DNA from: Fidelibacterota bacterium TCS52
Lineage (GTDB): Bacteria > Fidelibacterota > Fidelibacteria > Fidelibacterales > Fidelibacteraceae
Direction of reading: 5' to 3'
Assembly (NCBI GenBank): GCA_001577215.1
Contig: LSCC01000029.1
Span: forward strand, 1 to 63,134
DNA length: 63,134 bases
The stretch's first letter is position 1. Each line of letters begins with the position of its first letter. Positions 36,937 to 48,837 of the stretch are shown here, piece by piece. Below the pieces are notes generated by a model. The model had not been told where the DNA came from and searched no databases. It saw nothing but the letters and a program-made list of their open reading frames with translations. Made by a program: the position numbers and the translations under genes.

Positions 36937-38757
36937 GTGATAAAAAAAGAAATTCGTTCAATATTAGCAACCGATTGTGGTAGCACTACTACAAAAGCAA
37001 TTCTAATTGAAAAAAGGGATGATGTCTATCGATTGGTTACAAGAGGTGAAGCTCCAACAACCGTAGAGGCGCCTTTTGAAGATGTAACACGTGGTGTGTT
37101 GAATAGTGTAAAGGAGGTTGAAGAACTTCGCGAAAGACAGCTGATGGATGGTGATAAGATTATTTCTCCTCAAAAAGATGATAAAGGAGTAGATATCTAT
37201 ATCTCTACAAGTTCTGCGGGTGGTGGATTACAGATGATGGTAGCTGGATTAGTGATGGCTATGAGTGCTGAATCAGCAGAAAGAGCAGCACTTGGAGCTG
37301 GTGCAATTGTGATGGATATTATTGCTGCAAATGATGGGAGATTGGCACACGAAAAAATATCCAGGATTAGACATTTACGACCGGATATGATACTTCTATC
37401 CGGAGGTACTGACAGAGGTAATATAAAGACAGTTGTGGAATTATCAGAATTAATCAAAGCTGCGAATCCTCAACCTAGGTTAGGAATGAATTATAAATTG
37501 CCGGTTATTTATGCAGGTAATAAAAAAGCATCCGGAGAAGTTGAGAAAAATTTAGATAAAATTAGTGATTTAAGTGTTGTCTCAAATTTGCGTCCTACAT
37601 TAGAAAGTGAAAATCTTGGTCCGGCTCGTGATAAAATTCATGATTTGTTTATGGAACATGTAATGGCACAAGCACCGGGATATAAAAAATTAATGGCTAT
37701 GACAGATGCAGATATTATGCCTACTCCCGGAGCAGTTGGATATATCATGCAAGTAATTGCAAGGAATGAAAACATAACTGTTGTTGGTGTTGATATTGGT
37801 GGTGCTACTACGGATATATTTTCAGTTTTTAAAGATCTTGAATCAAAAAAACCTGTATTTAATAGAACTGTAAGTGCAAATCTAGGAATGAGTTATTCTA
37901 TCTCAAACGTATTAGCAGAAGCCACATTGCCAAATATTCAAAGATGGGTTCCATTTGAAATTAATGAAGTGGAGTTAAGAAACCGTATTGGGAATAAAAT
38001 GATACGTCCAACCACAATTCCTCAATCATTAGAAGAATTGAAACTTGAACAGGCAATTGCGAGAGAAGCATTGAGATTATCATTCAAACAACATAAATCA
38101 TTTGCTGTTGGACTTAAAGGAGTGCAAAGAGAAAGAACTATTTCCGATGCATTTGAACAGACAGCTTCCGGTGTTACATTAGTGGATATGATGGATTTAG
38201 ATCTAATGGTTGGAAGTGGGGGAGTTTTGTCACATGCACCAAGGAGAAATCAAGCTGCAAAAATGATGATAGATGCATTTTTACCAGAAGGTGTTACTCA
38301 AATTGCAGTAGATTCAATTTTTATGATGCCACATTTAGGCGTTTTAGCAAGTGTAAATGAACACGCTGCTACTGAAGTTTTTAATAAAGATTGTTTAATT
38401 CGCTTAGGAACATGCATCGCTCCAGTAGGGAAATCAAAATATGGTAAAGATTATATTAAAGTTGAATTGGATTTGCCAGATGGTACAAAATTTGACAGGA
38501 CAATGAAATACGGTGAATTTCTACTTATAGAAGCACCTTATACTGCAATTCCTGCAACAATAACTCCAGCTTCAAGAAAAATCGATGTTGGTTCAGGTCC
38601 CGGTGAAGTTGTAAATACAAAAGTTTATGGAGGATCTGTGGGAATAATAATTGATGCAAGGGGAAGGCGACCTTTTATTATTCCAGAAGATCCAAAAGAG
38701 AGAGTTGAGAAATTACAGGAATGGAGTAAAGCAATAAAAGAATTTGATGAAAATTAA
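36937..38757 (+). CDS. GlmL/MutL-like double ASKHA-fold ATPase (glutamate mutase accessory-protein family)
   Basis: GTG start after a GAGG RBS. ILATDCGSTTTKAILIE and VVGVDIGGATTDIFS phosphate-binding motifs, plus SGGTDRGN. 606 aa. Confidence 0.75.
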   Translation: MIKKEIRSILATDCGSTTTKAILIEKRDDVYRLVTRGEAPTTVEAPFEDVTRGVLNSVKEVEELRERQLMDGDKIISPQKDDKGVDIYISTSSAGGGLQMMVAGLVMAMSAESAERAALGAGAIVMDIIAANDGRLAHEKISRIRHLRPDMILLSGGTDRGNIKTVVELSELIKAANPQPRLGMNYKLPVIYAGNKKASGEVEKNLDKISDLSVVSNLRPTLESENLGPARDKIHDLFMEHVMAQAPGYKKLMAMTDADIMPTPGAVGYIMQVIARNENITVVGVDIGGATTDIFSVFKDLESKKPVFNRTVSANLGMSYSISNVLAEATLPNIQRWVPFEINEVELRNRIGNKMIRPTTIPQSLEELKLEQAIAREALRLSFKQHKSFAVGLKGVQRERTISDAFEQTASGVTLVDMMDLDLMVGSGGVLSHAPRRNQAAKMMIDAFLPEGVTQIAVDSIFMMPHLGVLASVNEHAATEVFNKDCLIRLGTCIAPVGKSKYGKDYIKVELDLPDGTKFDRTMKYGEFLLIEAPYTAIPATITPASRKIDVGSGPGEVVNTKVYGGSVGIIIDARGRRPFIIPEDPKERVEKLQEWSKAIKEFDEN

Positions 38758-38813
38758 TAATATATTCAATAATAAAAAGTAATGATTTATTTTTGAGACA
38801 ATAGGAGGATAAA

Positions 38814-39941
38814 ATGGCACATGCTTATATTCCGGGTTTAAAAGTGGTACCAAATACAACAGTAAAGAAAGCAAGACAATTACCGATCAAGGGTGAAATA
38901 TTAAGAAAAGTAGGAGAAAATGTAGCTGCAGTTGATGAAGTAGCAAAGACACATTTACCTGGTAACATAATTCCTACAAATATTGCAAATAAATTAAATA
39001 TAGAACCGGCTGATATAAATGATTTTATGAAAAAAGAAGAGGGTGATCCAATAAAAGAAGGTGAGGTAATTGCTGAAACGAATGGAATATTTGGACTGTT
39101 TAAAAGTTCTGTACAAGCTCCTATTGATGGAACATTAGAATCATTTTCACATATTACCGGTCAAGCGATTTTACGAGAAAGTCCAATTCCTGTAGCAGTA
39201 AATGCTTATGTTAATGGTGTTGTTGATGAAATTATTGCAGATGAAGGAGTAGTTGTAAAAACTCAAGCAGCATTTATTCAAGGGGTTTTTGGTATTGGTG
39301 GAGAGCAAAGAGGAAAAATAAAAATTGTTACTTCTATGCAAGATGATCCTATTGAAGAAAAAATGATAGATGAAAGTTGTAAAGATAAAATTATTGTTGG
39401 TGGAGCATTTTTAACGCATTCAGCTTTCAAAAAAGCATTAAAAATGAAAGTGAAAGGAATTGTTGTTGGTGGATTTAACTACAATGATATTAAAAAAATA
39501 ATTGGGTACGATATCGGTGTAGCAATAACCGGACAGGAAGATGTTAATACAACATTGATTTTAACTGAGGGATTTGGTGAAATTCATATGGCAAAACAGA
39601 CATTTGAATTACTGAAAAAACATGAAGGAGATGTTGCGTCCATTAATGGTGCGACTCAGATTCGTGCAGGTGTGATTCGTCCGGAAGTGATTATTCCAGT
39701 AAAAGCAGACTTAAAAAAAGACTCTCCTAAACAAGAAATAATTGGAATGGATATTGGTACAGAGGTAAGAATAATTCGTGCACCATATTTTGGAATGATA
39801 GGGAGTGTATCCGGACTTCCACATAAATTACAAAAATTAGAATCAGGTTCTTTAGCTCGTGTTGCAAAAATAAAAATATGGGAAACTAAAAAAGAAGTAT
39901 TATTACCACGAGCAAACTTAGAGATGATTGAAAATAAATAA
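38814..39941 (+). CDS. Hypothetical protein with a barrel-sandwich-hybrid (lipoyl/RnfC-N-like) segment
   Basis: TAGGAGGA RBS. KEGDPIKEGEVIAETNG...VQAPIDGTLESF is a hybrid-barrel hairpin pattern. I do not recognise the rest. 375 aa. Confidence 0.55.
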   Translation: MAHAYIPGLKVVPNTTVKKARQLPIKGEILRKVGENVAAVDEVAKTHLPGNIIPTNIANKLNIEPADINDFMKKEEGDPIKEGEVIAETNGIFGLFKSSVQAPIDGTLESFSHITGQAILRESPIPVAVNAYVNGVVDEIIADEGVVVKTQAAFIQGVFGIGGEQRGKIKIVTSMQDDPIEEKMIDESCKDKIIVGGAFLTHSAFKKALKMKVKGIVVGGFNYNDIKKIIGYDIGVAITGQEDVNTTLILTEGFGEIHMAKQTFELLKKHEGDVASINGATQIRAGVIRPEVIIPVKADLKKDSPKQEIIGMDIGTEVRIIRAPYFGMIGSVSGLPHKLQKLESGSLARVAKIKIWETKKEVLLPRANLEMIENK

Positions 39942-39962
39942 TAATAATTGATTAGGAATATT

Positions 39963-40364
39963 ATGTATTTTACAAGTAAATATTTTAATGATACAATACT
40001 ATTTAAGGCAAAGGATATAGTACTAAGCGATTTGGGAATTGTTCAATATAAAAGAGGTCTTGCATCTGCATTATCTAAACAAGATGTGAAAAATATTATT
40101 TTAGATTTCAAACGAGTAAAAATTAATAATAGTAATGGACTAAGCACATTATTATTGGCAAAAAGGTATTCTCAAGGTAAAGGAGGAAAATGTACCTTAG
40201 CATTTCCTCAACCCAAAGTTGTTAGTTGTATGAAAAAAGCAGGTATTTATAAGCTCTTTGGAATCATTGATGATAAGAATGAATATCAAAATATGATGAA
40301 GAAATTCAAGAAAGTGAATGAAGTAGAAAAACCATCAAATAACAAAACTATCAATAAAAAATAA
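39963..40364 (+). CDS. STAS-domain protein (anti-sigma-factor-antagonist-like)
   Basis: ILDFKRVKINNSNGLSTLLLA resembles the SpoIIAA DLS.V..IDSSGL block. The ATG at 39963 follows AGGA. The ORF-track TTG start at 39948 is an alternative. Confidence 0.55.
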   Translation: MYFTSKYFNDTILFKAKDIVLSDLGIVQYKRGLASALSKQDVKNIILDFKRVKINNSNGLSTLLLAKRYSQGKGGKCTLAFPQPKVVSCMKKAGIYKLFGIIDDKNEYQNMMKKFKKVNEVEKPSNNKTINKK

Positions 40365-40384
40365 AATATGTTTTTTGTGTTATA

Positions 40385-41002
40385 GTGATTTTATTTTTAC
40401 AAAACATTGATTATCAACTATTTATTTTAGTTAATCAAAAATTAATACATCCTATATTGGATGTATTTTTTGTATTAATAACAGGAAAAATATTTTGGAT
40501 TGCTCCTTTATTAGCTTTTTCCGTTTTTGCTATTTTCTTTGACAAAAAAAGAGGAAAGATTGTTTTTATTTTAATGATATTGGCGGTTAGTTTTTCCGAT
40601 TATTCTGCTTATAATTGGTTGAAACCAAATATAAAAAGAGTCAGACCTTCAAGAGCTATGAAATATTATGAAGATATTAGTCCGGGATTGAATAGAGCAT
40701 TAGAAGATATTAGAATATTAACAGGGAGAGGCGGAAAATGGTCAATGCCATCAAATCACGCATCCAATTTTTTTGCTGTCGCAACTCTTTTGGCGATTTT
40801 TTATTTTAGATATAGATATTTATATTTTATTGTTGCATTTTTAGTAGGATATTCTCGTATTTATGTAGGGAAACATTATCCGTTTGATATTTTTATAGGA
40901 ATGATCTACGGAATATTTATTGCATTATTGTTTTATTATTTTTGGGTTATGATAAGAGTGAAATTAGAAAAAAAGGAAAATTATTTACTTACGATAAAAT
41001 AG
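40385..41002 (+). CDS. PAP2-family lipid phosphatase (undecaprenyl-diphosphate / phosphatidate phosphatase type)
   Basis: The three PAP2 motifs KPNIKRVRPS, PSNH and SRIYVGKHYPFD. Polytopic membrane protein. Confidence 0.85.
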   Translation: MILFLQNIDYQLFILVNQKLIHPILDVFFVLITGKIFWIAPLLAFSVFAIFFDKKRGKIVFILMILAVSFSDYSAYNWLKPNIKRVRPSRAMKYYEDISPGLNRALEDIRILTGRGGKWSMPSNHASNFFAVATLLAIFYFRYRYLYFIVAFLVGYSRIYVGKHYPFDIFIGMIYGIFIALLFYYFWVMIRVKLEKKENYLLTIK

Positions 41003-41004
41003 CT

Positions 41005-41718
41005 TTATTTTATTTTTAAATTACCATTACGAATTTTCATAACTTTTTTATTTATTTTTTTCATAAATAATTTTTTATAAAGTATCCTTCTTATTCCAGT
41101 CAAAGTTTGTTTATAATATTCAAAAAAATCATCTGGGGAATTATATATATCCAAATATTCGACAATTCCTCCTCTTTGAACAAATGTGTTTTGTTCATTC
41201 CAAGAGTTATTAATTTTATTTTGATCAATTAACGCAATTCCATACCCATTAAATTCCTTTTCTCTTTTTGGATACATTGATAGAATTTTATTTAAGTAAT
41301 TATTATCAACTGTAACACCCTCTAGAACAACCCACTGATCCTTATAAAATACTTCTGCCCAACCATGAATCATTTTTTGTGGAAATAATAAATAAGCGAT
41401 ACCTTTGACCGCTCCATTATGGATATTTTTTTTAATTTTCAATCCCTTGAATTTGCAAGAAACCCCATTTGAGCGTAATAGTGCCATGAGTAATATAGAT
41501 TTTGTTATTCCATTTCCATATTTTTTTTCTAAAACATCAGATGCTTTTACATTATCAGATTCAGGATAACCAAACAAAATTTCGTTTTGAACAAAGTTGT
41601 AAATTTGCTTAATTTTTTCATATTTAGTTAAATGTGCCCATTTTTTTTTGAAGTTTAGATCTTCAATAATTTTATGGTTATAATTTAACAATTTTGTTTT
41701 TTGTAAGAATCTGTCCAT
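41005..41718 (-). CDS. Transglutaminase-like domain protein (possibly lacking the catalytic Cys)
   Basis: GNGITKSILLMALLRSNGV and HGWAEVFYKDQWVVLEG resemble the transglutaminase-core G.C...-helix and H.W.EV blocks. Confidence 0.65.
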   Translation of the reverse strand: MDRFLQKTKLLNYNHKIIEDLNFKKKWAHLTKYEKIKQIYNFVQNEILFGYPESDNVKASDVLEKKYGNGITKSILLMALLRSNGVSCKFKGLKIKKNIHNGAVKGIAYLLFPQKMIHGWAEVFYKDQWVVLEGVTVDNNYLNKILSMYPKREKEFNGYGIALIDQNKINNSWNEQNTFVQRGGIVEYLDIYNSPDDFFEYYKQTLTGIRRILYKKLFMKKINKKVMKIRNGNLKIK

Positions 41719-41932
41719 TTATTTGTTTTCTCTTTTTCCCATAAAATAATATAAGAAATATTTGTTGAATATGAAATAGTATTTTTTAATACACATCTAT
41801 AATTACTACTATTTTTTAGTAGATAGAATATGATTTTATAACAAAATATTTCTATTATTTAAATTAAAAAATTAGTTAAAATAATTCTTTTTTTTAGTGA
41901 TTATTTAATATATTTTTGTTAAATTATACATA

Positions 41933-42208
41933 ATGAAAAAGATGGATAATATATATTGGGATATTGTTAAAAGTGTAGCAGATGAAAGTGCAATTGATGA
42001 ATATAAAGCGTTAAAAATGTGGACAAAAATAGTTGGGAAAAGGGTTGCAAATGTAACGACGCCTATTAAAATAATAAGTGGGAAAATGATTGTCAAGGTG
42101 AAAAATAGTGTTTGGAGAAATGAGTTAGTAATGTTAAAAGAAGAAATAATAAGAAAATATGAAAATAAATTAGGAAACAAAATTATTAAAGATATTAAAT
42201 TTGTGTAA
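41933..42208 (+). CDS. DUF721 (DciA-like) protein
   Basis: 91 aa. W..IVG..VA..T.P..I..G.L.V.V.NS.W..EL pattern, in the classic position immediately upstream of gyrB. Confidence 0.7.
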   Translation: MKKMDNIYWDIVKSVADESAIDEYKALKMWTKIVGKRVANVTTPIKIISGKMIVKVKNSVWRNELVMLKEEIIRKYENKLGNKIIKDIKFV

Positions 42209-42211
42209 TAA

Positions 42212-44161
<1,950 letters not shown>

Positions 44162-44185
44162 AATTAAAATTATAAAGGTGTAATT

Positions 44186-46627
44186 TTGGCGAATGAAAGA
44201 ATATTTCAAATTGATATTGAGGAAGAATTACGAGACGCTTATTTAGATTATTCTATGTCGGTTATTGTCTCACGAGCACTTCCGGATGTAAGAGATGGGT
44301 TAAAACCTGTACACAGGAGAATACTTTATGGTATGCACGAATTAGGTTTACAACATAATAAAATATATAAAAAGTCAGCTCGTATAGTTGGAGAAGTACT
44401 TGGAAAGTATCATCCGCATGGTGACACATCAGTTTACTTTGCTATGGTGCGTATGGCTCAAGAATTTGCAATGCGCTATTTAATTGTTGATGGGCAAGGA
44501 AATTTTGGTTCAATTGATGGTGACAATGCCGCTGCAATGAGATATACAGAAGCTAAAATGCAAAAAGTTGCCAGTGATATGTTAAATGATATTGATAAAG
44601 ATACGGTGAAATTTGTTCCGAATTTTGATGATTCATTGACAGAACCGACAGTACTACCCACTAAGGTGCCAAATTTATTGATCAATGGTGCTTCTGGAAT
44701 TGCTGTTGGAATGGCAACAAATATCCCACCGCATAATTTAAGTGAAATAATTGATGCACTTATTGCTTTGATCGAAAATCCAGAACTTGATATTTCTCAA
44801 ATCAGAGAATATGTTAAAGGACCTGATTTTCCTACAGGTGGATTGGCTTTTGGATCAATGGGATTAAAATCTGCATATGAAACCGGAAAAGGAAAAATTA
44901 CCATAAGAGCAAGAGCAAGTGTGGAGCAGGTTCGAAATAATAGAGAGCAAGTTGTGGTTACCGAAATTCCATTTCAAGTTAATAAAAGCAAACTCTTAGA
45001 GAAAACAGCTCAATTGATCAGAGATAAAGTTCTTGAGGATATAAGTGATTTACGAGATGAATCAGATAAAGATGGTATCAGAATTGTATTTGAATTGAAA
45101 AAAGGTGCAATTCCTGAAGTGGTGATAAATAATCTTTATAAACACACACAGTTGCAAGGTACTTTTGGTATAATTTTATTGGCTTTAGTGAATGGAATCC
45201 CAAAGGTATTGTCATTGAAAGAGACCTTAATGCATTTTATTGATTATCGACATGAAATTATTGTAAAACGAACAAAATATGATTTGAAAAAAGCAGAAGC
45301 CGATGCTCATATTTTGGAAGGATTGAAAATTGCATTAGATAATATTGATGAAGTTATTGCAATAATAAAAAAATCTGCAAGTGCCTCAGATGCTAAGAAT
45401 AATTTAGTAAAAAGATTTGCTTTATCAATGATCCAAGCTCAAGCTATTCTTGATATGAAATTGCAAAAATTAACCGGTTTGGAAAGGGAAAAAATTGTTC
45501 AACAGTATTTGGAATTGTTAAAATTAATTGAAAAGTTGAATTTTATTTTAGATAACAGATCTAAACGAATGGAAATAATGACCGATGAATTTAAAGAAAT
45601 AAAGAAAAAATATGGTGATGAAAGACGAACAGAAATGATGGCAGATAGTGAAGATTTTACCGTGGAAGATATGATCGCTGATGAAGATATGGCAATAACT
45701 ATCACGCATAAGGGATACATAAAAAGAACCGCTGTTAGTGGCTATAGAGCTCAAAGAAGAGGAGGAGTTGGTAAACGCGGTGCCGGAATGAAAGATGAAG
45801 ATTTCGTAGAGGATCTATTTATTGCTTCTACTCATGAATATTTACTATTTTTTACAAATTTTGGTAAAGTATATTGGTTAAAAGTTCATAAAATTCCATT
45901 GTCAGGTAGAGCAACTCGTGGTAGAGCAATTGTAAATTTATTACAATCTGAAAAGGGTGAAAAAGTTAGGGCTTTTCTAAATGTAAGAGAATTCTCAGAA
46001 GATAAAAATATTGTTATGGCAACTAAGAATGGAACGATAAAAAAGACAGCATTATCTGCTTACGGTAATCCTAGAGTTAATGGAATTATTGCAATTAATC
46101 TTCGTGAAGGCGATGATCTTGTTGATGTGAAAATAACCGATGGACACCAAGATATTCTATTAGGATCAAGGGAAGGAAAGGCAATTCGTTTTCACGAGAA
46201 AGATGTGCGTGAAGTTGGTAGAAATTCTACCGGTGTTAAAGGTATTACATTAGCTGGACAAGATGATGTTGTCATTGATATGGTAACTATAAGTCGTGAA
46301 GATGTAACTGTTCTTGCTGTTAGTGAAAATGGTTTGGGAAAACGTACAGAAATAAAAGATTATCGTGCTCAACATCGTGGTGGAAAAGGTGTAATAACAC
46401 TGAAAACGAATAAAAAAGTTGGTAAAATGATCGCATTAAAAGAAGTGGTTGAGAAAGACGATCTGATGTTAATTTCTAATAAAGGATTGATGATCAGAAT
46501 GCCAATAAATAAGATAAGCACTTATTCAAGAAATACACAAGGCGTAAAACTAATCAACTTAAAGGAAGATGACAATTTGAGTTCTGTTGCTTATGTTGCC
46601 GAAAAGGAAGATGAAGAAGGTGAATGA
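44186..46627 (+). CDS. gyrA: DNA gyrase subunit A
   Basis: TTG start. [16 protein letters not shown], the AAMRYTE active-site Tyr block, and C-terminal beta-pinwheel repeats. Confidence 0.97.
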   Translation: MANERIFQIDIEEELRDAYLDYSMSVIVSRALPDVRDGLKPVHRRILYGMHELGLQHNKIYKKSARIVGEVLGKYHPHGDTSVYFAMVRMAQEFAMRYLIVDGQGNFGSIDGDNAAAMRYTEAKMQKVASDMLNDIDKDTVKFVPNFDDSLTEPTVLPTKVPNLLINGASGIAVGMATNIPPHNLSEIIDALIALIENPELDISQIREYVKGPDFPTGGLAFGSMGLKSAYETGKGKITIRARASVEQVRNNREQVVVTEIPFQVNKSKLLEKTAQLIRDKVLEDISDLRDESDKDGIRIVFELKKGAIPEVVINNLYKHTQLQGTFGIILLALVNGIPKVLSLKETLMHFIDYRHEIIVKRTKYDLKKAEADAHILEGLKIALDNIDEVIAIIKKSASASDAKNNLVKRFALSMIQAQAILDMKLQKLTGLEREKIVQQYLELLKLIEKLNFILDNRSKRMEIMTDEFKEIKKKYGDERRTEMMADSEDFTVEDMIADEDMAITITHKGYIKRTAVSGYRAQRRGGVGKRGAGMKDEDFVEDLFIASTHEYLLFFTNFGKVYWLKVHKIPLSGRATRGRAIVNLLQSEKGEKVRAFLNVREFSEDKNIVMATKNGTIKKTALSAYGNPRVNGIIAINLREGDDLVDVKITDGHQDILLGSREGKAIRFHEKDVREVGRNSTGVKGITLAGQDDVVIDMVTISREDVTVLAVSENGLGKRTEIKDYRAQHRGGKGVITLKTNKKVGKMIALKEVVEKDDLMLISNKGLMIRMPINKISTYSRNTQGVKLINLKEDDNLSSVAYVAEKEDEEGE

Positions 46628-47304
46628 CAATGTCATTACAGAATTACATTGATAGAATAAATGTAATAAATGAAAATATTCATAAATTCAGTCAGAATCC
46701 GAAAAAAATTAAACTTATCGGTGTTACCAAGACATTTAGTGTTGAAAAAATTAAAACGGCTATTAATGCAGGTGTAAAAATAATTGGTGAAAATAAAGTA
46801 CAGGATGCACTTGCTAAATTTAAAGAAGAAAGCTTTCCGGGGATTGAAAGACATTATATAGGAAAACTACAATCTAATAAGGTTAATAAAGTGCTTGATA
46901 ATTTTCACTTTATTCACAGTTTGGATAGAGAAAAAATCGTTAAAAAAATTGATAATTCTAAATCGCAAATTAAATGTTTAATAGAAGTTAATACTTCAGG
47001 TGAAAAAAGTAAAGGTGGTGTTGATCCTGAAAAATTAGAGAATTTTATTTTAGAATTACACAAGTATAAAAATATACAGATAGTTGGTTTAATGACGATC
47101 AGTCCGTTAACAGAAAATAAAAATGAGATTAGAAAATCTTTTAAACAATTGAAAGGACTTTTAGAAGTAAATAAAAAAAATGAAACGGATAATATTCATT
47201 TTAATGAATTGTCAATGGGAATGACAAATGATTATACAATTGCACTTCAAGAAGGAGCGACAATGATAAGGATTGGCAGAGGCATTTTTGGAAGTAGAAA
47301 ATAA
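46624..47304 (+). CDS. yggS: YggS-family pyridoxal-phosphate homeostasis protein
   Basis: LIGVTKTFS (PLP Lys), [19 protein letters not shown] and RIGRGIFG blocks. The ATG overlaps the gyrA stop (ATGA). Confidence 0.9.
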   Translation: MTMSLQNYIDRINVINENIHKFSQNPKKIKLIGVTKTFSVEKIKTAINAGVKIIGENKVQDALAKFKEESFPGIERHYIGKLQSNKVNKVLDNFHFIHSLDREKIVKKIDNSKSQIKCLIEVNTSGEKSKGGVDPEKLENFILELHKYKNIQIVGLMTISPLTENKNEIRKSFKQLKGLLEVNKKNETDNIHFNELSMGMTNDYTIALQEGATMIRIGRGIFGSRK

Positions 47305-47342
47305 TTATTAGAAATATTTTAATTAATAAAATATAATATAAA

Positions 47343-47861
47343 ATGACAAAAAATAAATACTACTGGATACATATTACAGAAAAAAATTTGCAAGAAATAC
47401 CAAATTTGCCAGATAATTGGAAATTTTATCAGGTTAATAAATATTTAAATTCGAAAAAGTATTTCAATATAACAAAAAATAGTGAAAATGTTATTATTAC
47501 TGAAGAAAATGATAAGGTAAGAGAACATGAGATATTTTGGGTTAAGGATCACATTAACTATTCTGGCTCTAATCCGTTAATTGGTAAGAACAATGAAAAA
47601 TATGGACAACGATTTCCGGATATGTCTTTTCCTTATGTAGTTGATGACAGAATAAAAGAAGTGATAAATATTAATTCATCGAAAAAAATCGTTATTGCTG
47701 CTGGAATAGTAAATTACGATAGTGCAATTTTATTAAATACTCCCAATATGGTTTATCAGGCAATAATTGCTAATCATCAGGAAAAAACTTTTTACGGATT
47801 TATTATTTCAAACAACAATGGAATAAACAATTTTCTTAAATTGATAAAAACAAATTATTAA
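47343..47861 (+). CDS. Truncated/degenerate purine-nucleoside-phosphorylase-like protein (172 aa)
   Basis: KDHINYSGSNPLIGKNNEKYGQRFPDMSFPY matches the most conserved PNP/MTAP block. The N-terminal phosphate-binding half of the fold is absent. Confidence 0.55.
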   Translation: MTKNKYYWIHITEKNLQEIPNLPDNWKFYQVNKYLNSKKYFNITKNSENVIITEENDKVREHEIFWVKDHINYSGSNPLIGKNNEKYGQRFPDMSFPYVVDDRIKEVININSSKKIVIAAGIVNYDSAILLNTPNMVYQAIIANHQEKTFYGFIISNNNGINNFLKLIKTNY

Positions 47862-47881
47862 TAAATTAATAGGGGGATAAT

Positions 47882-48301
47882 ATGCATAAGAATTCAATGA
47901 ACAAAGTGATATTAGTGGGGCATTTAGGACAAGATCCTGAGCTTAAATCAACTTCTTCTAATATACATGTTGTGAATATTAGTGTTGCAACTAATCAGAT
48001 ATTCAAAAGAAAGGAAGATACTGAATATACAGAAAAAACGGAATGGCATCGATGCGTTGCATTTGGTAAAACTGCAGATTATATTAGTAATTACATTTCA
48101 AAAGGCCGTTTGGTTTATATTGATGGCCGATTACAAACTCGGAAATGGCAAGATAAAGATGGAAACGACAGATATACAACTGATGTAATGATAGAGACAA
48201 TAACAATGTTAGGAAAAGGTGATAGTTCTCAACAAAATTATTCGAAACAGAAAGCAAAACCTGATGATAATCAAAATGAGGATGATGATCTGCCGTTTTA
48301 A
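47882..48301 (+). CDS. ssb: Single-stranded DNA-binding protein
   Basis: GGGGGA RBS. MNKVILVGHLGQDPEL OB-fold start, TEWHRCVAFG, and the acidic tail DDDLPF. Confidence 0.93.
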   Translation: MHKNSMNKVILVGHLGQDPELKSTSSNIHVVNISVATNQIFKRKEDTEYTEKTEWHRCVAFGKTADYISNYISKGRLVYIDGRLQTRKWQDKDGNDRYTTDVMIETITMLGKGDSSQQNYSKQKAKPDDNQNEDDDLPF

Positions 48302-48321
48302 TTAAAATGTTTTGAATTAAA

Positions 48322-48783
48322 ATGACTAAAATTATAACTCGCGTTATTGATTGTTGGGTAATAAATCGTAGTTTTTCAGAAATTAGATTTTTGATAATGA
48401 AACGCAATGTTGGATTGCAATATGAAGGAATTTATCATTGTGTTCATGGAAAAATTAAAAAAAATGAAACCGCTTGGAAAGCAGCATTGAGAGAATTAAA
48501 AGAGGAAACAGGTCTAATTCCAAATGATCTTTATGTAACAGATTTTACAAGTAATTTTTATGAGGTGAAACAGGATCGTTTTAATCTTGTTCCGGTGTTC
48601 GTAGCTGATGTTAAAAACACTTCTGTGAAATTAAGTAAAGAACATAGTGAATTTAATTGGTTGACTTTTGAAGAAGCAATAGAACAAGTTGCTTGGGAAA
48701 ACCATAAAAAGGCGATAGAAATAATAAATAAAATGTTTACAACCGATTTTCCACAGAAAAAATGGTTAAAAATTAAATTTTAA
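48322..48783 (+). CDS. NUDIX hydrolase
   Basis: Nudix box GKIKKNETAWKAALRELKEETGL (G-x5-E-x7-REUxEExGU). Confidence 0.8.
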   Translation: MTKIITRVIDCWVINRSFSEIRFLIMKRNVGLQYEGIYHCVHGKIKKNETAWKAALRELKEETGLIPNDLYVTDFTSNFYEVKQDRFNLVPVFVADVKNTSVKLSKEHSEFNWLTFEEAIEQVAWENHKKAIEIINKMFTTDFPQKKWLKIKF

Positions 48784-48837
48784 ATTTTTATTAATTAAAA
48801 AAAATCATTAAATTTTATTAAATTATCTTGGTAATAT

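Noticed and set aside
41719-41932. Possible oriC upstream of the DUF721-gyrB-gyrA genes
   Set aside because: dnaA, dnaN and recF are absent. Only one imperfect DnaA-box-like 9-mer (TAATACACA, 2 mismatches) is visible, and there is no box cluster. It is an ordinary divergent promoter region.
47982-48407. 68-aa plus-strand and 107-aa minus-strand ORFs overlapping ssb and the NUDIX gene
   Set aside because: They are out-of-frame or antisense shadow ORFs of genes with clear family signatures.
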